The notes under the pieces were generated by a model. The model was not told the DNA's origin. It saw only the letters and a list, made by a program, of their open reading frames with translations, and made no database searches. This document shows, piece after piece, positions 28,429 to 37,736 of a DNA stretch of 64,000 bases. The DNA is taken from the NCBI GenBank assembly GCA_965371515.1, contig CBDUYR010000002.1, positions 50,203 to 114,202 on the forward strand, in the 5' to 3' direction. This stretch comes from an uncultured bacterium (GTDB lineage: Bacteria > Krumholzibacteriota > Krumholzibacteriia > Krumholzibacteriales > Krumholzibacteriaceae). The translations under genes and the position numbers were made by a program. Position 1 is the stretch's first letter; each line of letters starts with the position of its first letter.

Positions 28429-30897
28429 CTATTCCGCCTTGCATGAATCGACCTTCTTCTTTTCTACTATGAAAATAAGATGGTCCGAAGAGGGATCCGA
28501 GGTGATCTTCAGACTATCATTCCTGCTTATCTCCCCACCGAGCATCTTCTCGCTCAGCGGGTCCTCGAGTAATTTCTGGATAGCCCTCTTGAGCGGCCTC
28601 GCACCGAGGGCCGGATCGTAACCCTTGCCGATTATGAATCTCTTTGCTTCCTCGGTGATCTTGAAATCGAGGTTCATCGCCTCGAGCCTGCCGTAGAGGT
28701 CCGTCAGGAGGATCTCGATGATCTCCATCAGGTCGCTGCGGTCGAGCTGCCTGAAGACGATCATCTCGTCGATCCTGTTGATGAATTCCGGGTTGAATAT
28801 CTGCTTGGTGGCCTCCATGATCTTGTTCTTCATGTAGTCGTAACCGGCATCGGTGGCTCCGTCCTCGGAAACGAAGCCCATACCCTTCTTTCCCTTCACT
28901 TCCTTGGCGCCGGCGTTCGAGGTCATGATAAGGACCGTGTTTCTGAAATCGACCCTGCGGCCGAACGAATCGGTCAGGTTGCCCTCCTCGAGGATCTGCA
29001 GGAGGAGGTTGAAGACGTCGGGATGCGCCTTCTCGATCTCGTCGAGAAGGACCACGGAGTAGGGTTTGCGCCTTACCTTCTCGGTCAGCTGCCCACCCTC
29101 TTCGTAGCCGACGTATCCCGGAGGAGCGCCGATAAGCCTTGATATAGCGAACTTCTCCATGTACTCCGACATGTCTATCTGGATCAGTGCGACCTCGCTC
29201 TCGAACAGTGTGGCCGACAGCGTCCTGGCCAGCTCGGTCTTGCCGACACCCGTCGGGCCGAGGAACACGAACGAGCCTATCGGCCTCCGCGGATCGCGCA
29301 GGCCGGCCCTGTTGCGCCTTACAGCCCTGGCGACTGCCTTGAGTGCCGGTTCCTGGCCGATGACCCTCTTGCGCAACTCGTCCTCGAGGTTGAGGAGTTT
29401 GACCGTCTCCTCCTCCTCGACGTCGGCGACGGGAATGCCGGTCATTTCGGAGATCACGTTGGCAATGTCCTTCGCGGTGACTACCGATTCGCTCTCCCGC
29501 CTCGACTCGGTCCATTCCCTGTGCCTCTCCTTCAGAGCGGCGCGAAGCTCCTTCTCCTGGTCCCTGAACGAGGCGGCTTTCTCGAACTCCTGCGCCTGGA
29601 TCGAGGATTCCTTCTCCTTGGAGATCTCCTCGATCTGCCCCTCCATATCCCTCAGTTCCTCAGGGATCGTGGTCACCGAGAGCCTCGCCCTCGCACCGGC
29701 CTCGTCTATCACGTCGATAGCCTTGTCGGGCAGGAAGCGCCCCTGTATATATCTCTGGCTGAGATGCACTGCCTGGCTGATCGCATCGTCGGTAAATTTC
29801 GTTCTGTGATGGGCCTCGTACTTGTCGCGAAGCCCCAGGATGATCAGGACCGTCTCGTCTTCGGTGGGCGGATTGATCATGATCGACTGGAACCTTCGTT
29901 CCAGAGCACCGTCCTTCTCGATGTGCTTGCGGTACTCGTCGAGCGTGGTCGCCCCTACGCACTGTATCTCGCCCCTCGCGAGAGCCGGTTTGAGCATATT
30001 CGAGGCGTCTATCGCCCCCTCCGCTCCTCCGGCACCGACGATCGTATGTATCTCGTCGATGAAGATTATTATCTGGTCGTTATCGTGTATCTCGGCGATG
30101 ATATTTTTAAGCCGTTCCTCGAACTGTCCTCTGTACTTTGTTCCTGCTACAACAGATGCGAGATCGAGTGTTGTTATCCTCTTGTTCTTGAGAAGCTCGG
30201 GCACCTTGTTGGCAATGATCTTCTGGGCCAGGCCCTCGATAATGGCGGTCTTGCCAACGCCCGGCTCTCCTATCAGCACGGGGTTGTTCTTTTTTCTCCT
30301 GCAGAGTATCTGGATTATCCTGCCGATCTCCTTGTTCCTGCCTATGATCGGATCGAGCTTGTTGTCCCTCGCAAGCTCTGTGAGGTCCCGTCCGAACTGG
30401 TCCAGGGTCGGGGTCTCGCTCTTCGCCTGCTTTGCCCGGTCGGAGCCGTGCCCGGCGCCGCCCTGGTGGATCATCTTCATGATCTCCTCGCGGACCCTCT
30501 TCCGGTCGACGCCCAGTTCGAGCAGAACGCGCGCGGCGACTCCTTCGCCTTCCCGGATCAGCCCGAGAAGAAGATGCTCGGTGCCTACATAATTGTGCCC
30601 GAGGAGCCTGGCTTCCTCTATCGAGAGTTCGAGCACTCGCTTGCCCCTCGGCGTCAGCGGCACCTCGCCCAGCGTCAGCGTATCGCCGCTGGGCCGGACA
30701 ATACTCTCTATCGCCTGCTGAATCTGGTCGAGGTCGAGGTCGAGTTTCTGCAGCACCCGCGAGGCGATCCCTTCACCCTCGCGCACGATGCCGAGCAGAA
30801 GATGCTCAGTACCTATGTAATCGTGCTGAAGCCTGTTCGCCTCGTCTCGCGCGAGGTATATGACCTTTCTGACCCGCTCTGTGAACTTGTCGTTCAT
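28429..30897 (-). CDS. clpC: ATP-dependent Clp protease ATP-binding subunit ClpC (Clp/Hsp100 class, two AAA+ modules, UVR motif)
   Basis: Duplicated Clp_N repeat (GTEHLLLGI/GTEHLLLGL). Walker A GEPGVGKT and GPTGVGKT. 822 aa. Confidence 0.9.
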   Translation of the reverse strand: MNDKFTERVRKVIYLARDEANRLQHDYIGTEHLLLGIVREGEGIASRVLQKLDLDLDQIQQAIESIVRPSGDTLTLGEVPLTPRGKRVLELSIEEARLLGHNYVGTEHLLLGLIREGEGVAARVLLELGVDRKRVREEIMKMIHQGGAGHGSDRAKQAKSETPTLDQFGRDLTELARDNKLDPIIGRNKEIGRIIQILCRRKKNNPVLIGEPGVGKTAIIEGLAQKIIANKVPELLKNKRITTLDLASVVAGTKYRGQFEERLKNIIAEIHDNDQIIIFIDEIHTIVGAGGAEGAIDASNMLKPALARGEIQCVGATTLDEYRKHIEKDGALERRFQSIMINPPTEDETVLIILGLRDKYEAHHRTKFTDDAISQAVHLSQRYIQGRFLPDKAIDVIDEAGARARLSVTTIPEELRDMEGQIEEISKEKESSIQAQEFEKAASFRDQEKELRAALKERHREWTESRRESESVVTAKDIANVISEMTGIPVADVEEEETVKLLNLEDELRKRVIGQEPALKAVARAVRRNRAGLRDPRRPIGSFVFLGPTGVGKTELARTLSATLFESEVALIQIDMSEYMEKFAISRLIGAPPGYVGYEEGGQLTEKVRRKPYSVVLLDEIEKAHPDVFNLLLQILEEGNLTDSFGRRVDFRNTVLIMTSNAGAKEVKGKKGMGFVSEDGATDAGYDYMKNKIMEATKQIFNPEFINRIDEMIVFRQLDRSDLMEIIEILLTDLYGRLEAMNLDFKITEEAKRFIIGKGYDPALGARPLKRAIQKLLEDPLSEKMLGGEISRNDSLKITSDPSSDHLIFIVEKKKVDSCKAE

Positions 30898-30936
30898 TTG
30901 CCCCGCTCTTCCTTTCCCCAGGTGGACCCGGCGCCG

Positions 30937-31998
30937 TCAGGACGCCTTCAGTCTCGACCTGATGTAATCAGCTCTGCTCCTGTCCCTGTCGTCCGGTCCC
31001 ATGACCTTTTCGTAGAGCATCTGGAGATGCATCGGCTGGATCATAATCAGCATCTCGTTGAGATCGGACAGGCCCGTGTCGGTGACGATCCCGAGCCCAA
31101 CGCCGAGACGGACTGCCGAGAGAAGCCCCATCGCTTCCCTGGAATCGAGCATCCTCGCATTCCTCAGGAGACCGTAGGCCCTCCAGATCTTATCTTCGAG
31201 CAAACTCCGTGCCTCTTTGAGAAGGGTCTCACGTGCTTTTTTCTCGAATTCGAGTACTTTTCGTATATGTGAATCCATATTCTTCACTGTATCAGACTCT
31301 GACAGTCCGAGAGTAATCGAGTTCGATATCTGAAAGAAATTGCCTGCCGCTTCGCCTCCCTCCCCATAACCGCCCCTTACACTTAGCCTTACGTGCTTGA
31401 GTCCGTCCGAGACCTGCCTGATGTCACCGTTCTGTACCAGTCCAGGGAGGTGGACCATCACCGAGACCCGCAGCCCGGTCCCGACATTGGTGGCGCAGGC
31501 CGTCAGATATCCGAAATGGTCGGAAAATGCAAATTCAAGGCTTCCGTCAAGCTCATCGTCGAGACGGCTCACGCTCTCGAACGCCGCGCTCAGCGCCAGT
31601 CCCGACTCGAAAGACTGGAGCCTGAGATGATCCTCCTCGTTTACCATAACGCTGAGCTTCTCGCTCCTGACGACCGCCAGGCCGCGGTTGTTGAATTTCC
31701 TCACCATATCCTGCGATACGAGCCTTCTCTCCGCGAGGATCATGCGCTCCGGCTCGGCCGTATCGTTCATGTCGAGGAATATCGAGCCCTTCATCGATGG
31801 TGCAAGCGCGAGCGCGTCCCTTACCTCGTCGCGGACCGAGGCGAGCTCAGATGCCTCCGCGCAGTTAGTGAATGTCCTTCCATCGATGTTGCGTGCCAGC
31901 CTCAAGCGTGTGGCAAGGACGAGCTCGCTCTCCTCGCCTCCCTCGGTCAGCCAGGACGCGGGGTTCTTGAGAAGCATATGCAGCTGCTTCTGTTTCAA
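30937..31998 (-). CDS. mcsB: Protein-arginine kinase McsB (ATP:guanido phosphotransferase family)
   Basis: 353 aa with McsB-like motifs (EEDHLRLQ ... CATNVGTGLR). Translationally coupled to mcsA. Confidence 0.85.
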   Translation of the reverse strand: MKQKQLHMLLKNPASWLTEGGEESELVLATRLRLARNIDGRTFTNCAEASELASVRDEVRDALALAPSMKGSIFLDMNDTAEPERMILAERRLVSQDMVRKFNNRGLAVVRSEKLSVMVNEEDHLRLQSFESGLALSAAFESVSRLDDELDGSLEFAFSDHFGYLTACATNVGTGLRVSVMVHLPGLVQNGDIRQVSDGLKHVRLSVRGGYGEGGEAAGNFFQISNSITLGLSESDTVKNMDSHIRKVLEFEKKARETLLKEARSLLEDKIWRAYGLLRNARMLDSREAMGLLSAVRLGVGLGIVTDTGLSDLNEMLIMIQPMHLQMLYEKVMGPDDRDRSRADYIRSRLKAS

Positions 31999-32498
31999 TG
32001 CTTTTCCATCCCCTTCTTCAGATCGGCGATCTCGTCCCTGAGCACGGCGGCCCTCTCGTAGTTCTCCAGCTCCACGGAGATACTCAGTTCGTCCTCGAGG
32101 GCGCGAATCCTGCGCCTTGCGTTGACCTTCTCGGTGCAGTACCTGCGCGGAGATTTGCCGAGGTGCCTGGCGTTTCCATGAATCCTCTTCAGGACCTTCG
32201 CGATATCCTCCCCGAACGAATCATAGCATTTCGAGCATCCCAGTCCGGCGGACTTACTGAATGCCGCGTACGTCCTCCCGCAGTGGCTGCACTTCCTCCT
32301 CGGCCCGCTCTTCTCCATCAGGGCGCTGTTGACCAGCCCGGCGAGGAGGTCGGTCTTCTCGAAATTGCTCCTCTTCAGGTAGTCGAAACCTTTTGCCTCG
32401 GCGCAGGACCGGCATATATGGATCTTCACGACGTCGTTTCCTTCGACGTTGGTGAAATGTATAGTCGCGCTGTTCTTCCTGCAAAACTGGCAGATCAT
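31995..32498 (-). CDS. mcsA: McsA-like protein (zinc-finger plus UVR domain; activator of McsB)
   Basis: Cys pairs (CQFCRK...CRSCAE; CSHCGR...CSKCYD) and a C-terminal UVR motif (ENYERAAVLRDEIADLK). The start was set at the internal Met (32498), 7 nt after the lolD stop. Confidence 0.7.
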   Translation of the reverse strand: MICQFCRKNSATIHFTNVEGNDVVKIHICRSCAEAKGFDYLKRSNFEKTDLLAGLVNSALMEKSGPRRKCSHCGRTYAAFSKSAGLGCSKCYDSFGEDIAKVLKRIHGNARHLGKSPRRYCTEKVNARRRIRALEDELSISVELENYERAAVLRDEIADLKKGMEKH

Positions 32499-32505
32499 AT
32501 CTTCA

Positions 32506-33183
32506 TCACTCCACCGGCAGGAGCCTGCCTCCCTCAAGCATGAATCCCCTGTCGGCTCTGGCAAGGAGCTCCCTCTTGTGCGTTACCACGATGAATGTCT
32601 GGTTCTTGGAGCGACTCAGCTCGAATATCAGTGCGTGAAGCATTTCACTGTTGGCCTCGTCGAGATTCCCGGACGGTTCGTCGGCGAGAACTATCGCCGG
32701 ATCGTTCATCAGGGCCCTGGCCACAGCGATCCGCTGCTGCTCTCCGCCGGAAAGCTCGGCCGGCCTGTGCGTGAGCCTCTCGGCGAGTCCGACTTCCGCG
32801 AGAAGTTCCGCGGCCCTTTCGTGCGCGCCGTGATCGGTACCGCTCCTGAGAAGGGCGGGCATCATGACGTTTTCCAGGGCGTCGAATTCGGGGAGAAGGT
32901 AGTGAAACTGGAAGACGAACCCGAGATCCCTGTTCCTTATCGCGTTGAGCTCCCTGTCGGGCACGGCGAACGGGTTTTTCCCGCGGATCAGCACCTGGCC
33001 GCTGTCAGGAGTATCCAGAGTGCCCAGCACGTGCAGGAGAGTCGATTTTCCCGCGCCGGAGGCACCGAGTATCGCGACGACCTCTCCCCTTTCGGCCTCG
33101 AAATCGATTCCCCTGAGGACCTCGATATCTCCCTTGCGGCTCTTGAAGCTCTTCGTTACATTTTCTGCGCTGAGAATGCTCAT
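32506..33183 (-). CDS. lolD: Lipoprotein-releasing system ATP-binding protein (LolD/MacB-type ABC ATPase)
   Basis: Walker [10 protein letters not shown], signature [15 protein letters not shown], Walker [11 protein letters not shown]. Confidence 0.8.
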   Translation of the reverse strand: MSILSAENVTKSFKSRKGDIEVLRGIDFEAERGEVVAILGASGAGKSTLLHVLGTLDTPDSGQVLIRGKNPFAVPDRELNAIRNRDLGFVFQFHYLLPEFDALENVMMPALLRSGTDHGAHERAAELLAEVGLAERLTHRPAELSGGEQQRIAVARALMNDPAIVLADEPSGNLDEANSEMLHALIFELSRSKNQTFIVVTHKRELLARADRGFMLEGGRLLPVE

Positions 33184-33242
33184 GACCTCTCACCTGTCTG
33201 AAATATACGTCCTGGCGCCTCGATGAGCAACCGTGCCATCCG

Positions 33243-34502
33243 TCAGTCGTAACGAATCGCGTCGAGGGGCGACATGTTGCACGCTTCCCAGCTCGGATAG
33301 ATGGTCGCCGCGATCGATATTATCAGTGCGGCGACAGATACCAGGACTACGTCGAAAGTCCTTACTGCCACCGGGAGCGTGTTGATGAAATAGACGTCGG
33401 CGGGCAGGTCGAGCTCGACTGCCGAGAGCAGGGCGCAGATGCCCAGTCCGGCGGCCATGCCGAGGATAGTCCCCAACACCCCTATGATCGTGCCCTCCAT
33501 CATGAATATCGACATTATCCCCCTCGAAGACGCCCCCATCGATCTCAGAATCCCTATCTCGCTGCGCTTCTCCATGATCACCATCGTCAGCATCCCGACG
33601 AGGTTGAAGGCGGCGATGAGTATTATCAGCGTCAGCAGCATGAACATCAGTACCTTCTCCACCTTGATGTAGCTGAAGAGGTTCCTGTTCATCCTGATCC
33701 AGTTGTTCATGCCGTAGGCGCCGCTCCTCTCGAGCCTGCTGTCGATCCGGTCCTCCATCTCCGCCGCCTTCCAGATATCGGACGTACGGACACCGATCCC
33801 CCTGGTCGACGCTTCGAAGTCAAAGAAATCCTCCGCCTCCCCGATATCGATATAGGCAAACCGCGAATCGAATTCGAACACACCGGTCTTGAAGAAACCG
33901 AGGACGCGGAACTCTCTTGTGCGCGGCTGTATCTCCCCCATCCTCATCTCTGCCGGCGCGCTTACGAGAGTGATGGTCTCGCCGAGGTATACCTTGAGGT
34001 CATCGCCGAGATCCTCACCGAGCACTACGCCGGGCAGGTCTCTGCCGTCTTCGAACCCCGTCGATTCGAAGGATCTGATCGGCGGTATGAACGAGTCGAC
34101 CACCGCAGAGACGTTCCGCTCTGCATCGAGATCGACACCCTTTACGATGACGCCCTTTGTCTTGACCCTCATCCCGGGGATCAGCTCGTAGAAGAGCAGG
34201 GCCTCGCCCCTTATAAACGGCGAGGCAGCGACCACTCCGTCCACCTCCTCCACGATGGCCGTGATGCTGTCTATCCCCGACCACGAGCCTGGCAGGCTGG
34301 CAAAGACGATCACGTGCGTGTTGAACTCGATTATCCGGCTGCGGAGCTCGCTCTCGAAACCGTTCATCAGCGAGAGGACCGTTATCAGAACAGCCACGCC
34401 GACGAGCGTTCCTCCGACGGCGATCATCGTCACGCGAGATACGAATCCGCTGCGGCGTCGGGCCCTGAGATACCTGAGCGCTATTGCCAGAGAGTAATGC
34501 AT
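33243..34502 (-). CDS. lolC: Lipoprotein-releasing system permease (LolC/LolE, FtsX-like)
   Basis: 419 aa with an N-terminal TM helix, a MacB-like periplasmic domain and a C-terminal FtsX 3-TM bundle. Confidence 0.8.
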   Translation of the reverse strand: MHYSLAIALRYLRARRRSGFVSRVTMIAVGGTLVGVAVLITVLSLMNGFESELRSRIIEFNTHVIVFASLPGSWSGIDSITAIVEEVDGVVAASPFIRGEALLFYELIPGMRVKTKGVIVKGVDLDAERNVSAVVDSFIPPIRSFESTGFEDGRDLPGVVLGEDLGDDLKVYLGETITLVSAPAEMRMGEIQPRTREFRVLGFFKTGVFEFDSRFAYIDIGEAEDFFDFEASTRGIGVRTSDIWKAAEMEDRIDSRLERSGAYGMNNWIRMNRNLFSYIKVEKVLMFMLLTLIILIAAFNLVGMLTMVIMEKRSEIGILRSMGASSRGIMSIFMMEGTIIGVLGTILGMAAGLGICALLSAVELDLPADVYFINTLPVAVRTFDVVLVSVAALIISIAATIYPSWEACNMSPLDAIRYD

Positions 34503-34509
34503 GCCTGCG

Positions 34510-36024
34510 TCAGCCGTCCCTTCCCGATTCGGGCCGCATCGCTGGAAAGAGAATGACGTCCCTGATGGAATGCGAATCGGTGAGAAGCATAACGAGACGG
34601 TCGATCCCGATACCCAGTCCCGCCGTCGGAGGCATCCCGTGTTCGAGAGCCCTGAGGTAGTCCTCGTCGACAGGGTGTGTCTCCTCGGCTCCCTCCTGCT
34701 TCATCCTCGTCTGCTGTTCGAAACGCTCCCGCTGGTCGATCGGGTCGTTGAGTTCGCTGAACGCGTTGCCCACCTCGAACCCGGCTATGTAAGGCTCGAA
34801 CCTCTCGACGAGACCCTTCTCGCTCCTGTGCGCCTTGGCGAGCGGCGACAGCTCGACCGGGTAGTCGGTTATGAAGACAGGCTGTATCAGGTGCGGCTCG
34901 ACCATCTCGGAGAAGATCTCGTCGATCAGGCCCGCCCGTCCCGAGACTCCCTCGATGTCTATGTCGAATTTTTTCGCCGTCTTGCGGAGCTCATCCTCTG
35001 AGGCCTCGCGAAGGTCCTTGCCCATCTTCTCCTCTATCGATTCGAAGAAGGGCAGCCTCTGCCACGGAGTGGCCAGATCGATCTCGTGCTCCCCGTACTT
35101 TATCTTCGTTGTCCCCAGCACCTCGTCGGCGAGCTTCCGGTACAGGGTCTCGACGAATTCCATCATGTCGTTGTAGTCCCAGTAGGCGGCGTAGCATTCG
35201 AGCATCGTGAACTCCGGGTTGTGCGACCTGTCCATACCCTCGTTCCTGAAATCCTTGCAGAACTCGTATACACGCTCCATCCCGCCAACGACCAGCCTCT
35301 TGAGGTAGAGCTCGTCGGCGATCCTGAGGTAGAGCCTCATGTCAAGGGCGTTGTGATGGGTGACAAACGGCCTCGCCATAGCGCCGCCGTATATCGGCTG
35401 CAGGATAGGTGTCTCGACCTCGAGAAAATCCCGCTCGTTGAGAAATGTCCTTATCGTGTCGATTATCCTCGACCTCGTCCTGAAGATCTCCATCACATCG
35501 TCGTTCACGATCAGGTCGATGTAACGCTGCCTGTACCTCAGCTCCTTGTCCTGCAGGCCGTGATACTTCTCGGGGAGCGGAAGAAGCGACTTGGACAGGA
35601 GCTCGAGCTCCTTCACCTTTATCGTCAGCTCTCCGGTCCTCGTTCTGAAGAGATGACCTGAGATCCCGACGATGTCGCCGACATCGAGGAGCCTGAAGAT
35701 CTTCCACGTCTTCTCGTCGACCTCGGCATCCTTGATATAGAACTGCAGGCTTCCCGTGCCGCCCTTGATGTTCCCGAACGACGTGTGGCCGTGCCCCCTT
35801 ATCGCCATTATCCGCCCCGCTACCGATGCCGACGCATCCTCGGCGGAAAGCGATTTCTCGTTCTCCATCGCTTCGGCCAGCGAATGCGTGCGCTCGAACC
35901 TGTAGGGATAGGGGGTTACTCCCAGCCCGCGAAGCTCCTCCAGCTTGCGGATCCGCTCGTCCCTCTCCCGGCCACCTTCCTTTTTTACCTTGTCGCTCAC
36001 CTTCAGTTCTTCCTTCCCTTCCAT
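34510..36024 (-). CDS. lysS: Lysine--tRNA ligase (class II)
   Basis: Class II motifs (FRNEGMDRSHNPEFTMLE ... GLGIGIDRLVMLLT) and an OB-fold N-terminus. 504 aa. Confidence 0.9.
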   Translation of the reverse strand: MEGKEELKVSDKVKKEGGRERDERIRKLEELRGLGVTPYPYRFERTHSLAEAMENEKSLSAEDASASVAGRIMAIRGHGHTSFGNIKGGTGSLQFYIKDAEVDEKTWKIFRLLDVGDIVGISGHLFRTRTGELTIKVKELELLSKSLLPLPEKYHGLQDKELRYRQRYIDLIVNDDVMEIFRTRSRIIDTIRTFLNERDFLEVETPILQPIYGGAMARPFVTHHNALDMRLYLRIADELYLKRLVVGGMERVYEFCKDFRNEGMDRSHNPEFTMLECYAAYWDYNDMMEFVETLYRKLADEVLGTTKIKYGEHEIDLATPWQRLPFFESIEEKMGKDLREASEDELRKTAKKFDIDIEGVSGRAGLIDEIFSEMVEPHLIQPVFITDYPVELSPLAKAHRSEKGLVERFEPYIAGFEVGNAFSELNDPIDQRERFEQQTRMKQEGAEETHPVDEDYLRALEHGMPPTAGLGIGIDRLVMLLTDSHSIRDVILFPAMRPESGRDG

Positions 36025-37116
36025 TTCAGATAACCTTCCATGAATTGATCTATATTGCCGTCCATAACGGCCTGGATATTCCCCGTCTGGACCCCGGTCC
36101 TGTGGTCCTTGACCATCGTATAAGGATGGAATACGTAGCTCCTGATCTGGTTACCCCAGGAAATATCCTTCTTCTCGCCGGCGGCCGCGGCCTGCTTCTC
36201 GGATTCTTCCTCCATCAGCCTGGTGTAGATACGCGATCGCAGGACCTTCATCACAATCTCCCTGTTCCTGTGCTGCGAGCGCTCGTTCTGGCACTGAACC
36301 ACTATCCCCGTGGGAAAATGGGTGATCCTCACCGCCGATGAGGTCTTGTTTACGTGCTGTCCACCCGCCCCGCTTGCCCTGTACGTGTCGATCCGGATGT
36401 CGTCGGGATTGATTTCAACCTCGATATTATCGTCGATCTCGGGATAGACATGCACGGCCGCGAAGGATGTGTGGCGCCTGTGATTGGCATCAAACGGCGA
36501 GATCCTCACGAGCCGGTGGATCCCGCTCTCCGACTTGAGCCTGCCGAACGCCAGCTCTCCATGCACTTCGATCGTCGCGTTCTTTATCCCGGCTTCGTCA
36601 CCGGGCTGCAGGTCGATCATCCTGAAGGTGTATCCCTTCCTCTCGAGGAACCTCGTATACATGCGCAGCAGCATCTCCGCCCAGTCCTGGGACTCGGTCC
36701 CGCCCGCTCCCGGATGGATGTTAAGTATCGCGTTTCCTCTGTCGTTCTCACCGGAGAGCAGGACGGCCATCTCGAACTCGGCCAGGTTCCTGCCGATCTT
36801 CTCGAGCTCCTCCCCGATGTCGGCCAGGATCGATTCGTCCTCCTCGCTGAGGGCGATCAGCTCCTTCAGGGAATCTATATCAGATTTTATCCTGTGGTAG
36901 GGATCGAGCCTGCTCTTCAGCGCCTTGAGCCTCAACATGAGTTTCTCAGCGCCTTCCCGGTTGTTCCAGAAATCGGGCACGGACATTTTCTTCTCTATCT
37001 CCGCCACCCCGGCCGTCATCGTCTCCAGGTCAAAGATACTCCTTGAGGCTAAGCAGCTTCTCTTCTGCCTTTGCGGCGGCTTCTGCCGCTTCCTTCGACG
37101 ACAACCTTTCCTGCAT
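36003..37116 (-). CDS. prfB: Peptide chain release factor 2, with a programmed +1 ribosomal frameshift
   Basis: Frame 0 reads ATG (37116) MQERLSSKEAAEAAAKAEEKLLSLKEYL-TGA. The motif AGGAG-TAT-CTT-TGA-C lies at 37029..37043. The +1 frame continues DLETMTAGVAE...SGAGGQHVNKT...GGQ, i.e. the 338-aa ORF 36003..37019. Confidence 0.9.
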
Positions 37117-37736
37117 CACCGTTTCCTCCGCAATCGATCGTATTCCTCTAGAAACTCGTCTCTTATGCGCGCCGCCTCTTTCCTGACCTCAGCGAGCGGG
37201 ATGTCGGTGTCCAGCCTTATACCGGCCTTCTCCCACTCCCTGAAAAGGTCCCTCTGGCGCTCGATGCGCAGTTCGGCCTCTTTCCTGTCGAAACCGTTCC
37301 TGCGCATCATCCTGCGGATGCGGACCTCTTCAGGCGCGTCTGTCAGCACCACGAGATCCGCCTTGAGTCTGAATTTATACTGCAAAAAGAGTACTGCATC
37401 AAGGACTATGTATTTCGAGGTCTCCGCGAGCTCCATGAGCCTTTCCCTCGCCATTTTCTTCACATAGGGGCGGATCAGGCTGTTCAGTCTGTCGAGCTTC
37501 TTCTGGTTGGAGAAGACCTCTCCGGCAAGCCTCAGGCGCGACACCTTCCCGTTGCCTGCCATGATCTCCGGACCGAACTCATCTCCGAGCTTCTCTATGA
37601 AATCTGGGTCCTCGAGCGCCGCATGGGCAAGCTCATCGGCATCGACGTAGACGCCGCCCCCTTCGGCCATCACTCTGGCGACCGTCGACTTTCCCGAGGC
37701 GATCGGCCCCGTCACCACTATGAGAGGTACATTCAT
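37116..37736 (-). CDS. coaE: Dephospho-CoA kinase
   Basis: P-loop VVTGPIASGKST. 206 aa. Its stop shares one base with the prfB ATG (TGATG). Confidence 0.85.
   Translation of the reverse strand: MNVPLIVVTGPIASGKSTVARVMAEGGGVYVDADELAHAALEDPDFIEKLGDEFGPEIMAGNGKVSRLRLAGEVFSNQKKLDRLNSLIRPYVKKMARERLMELAETSKYIVLDAVLFLQYKFRLKADLVVLTDAPEEVRIRRMMRRNGFDRKEAELRIERQRDLFREWEKAGIRLDTDIPLAEVRKEAARIRDEFLEEYDRLRRKR

Noticed and set aside
37027-37033. GGTCAAA heptad resembling a CtsR operator half-site, near the mcsA-mcsB-clpC module's operon.
   Set aside because: It is a single copy, not a direct repeat. It lies inside the prfB frameshift cassette about 4.5 kb from mcsA and is almost certainly coincidental.
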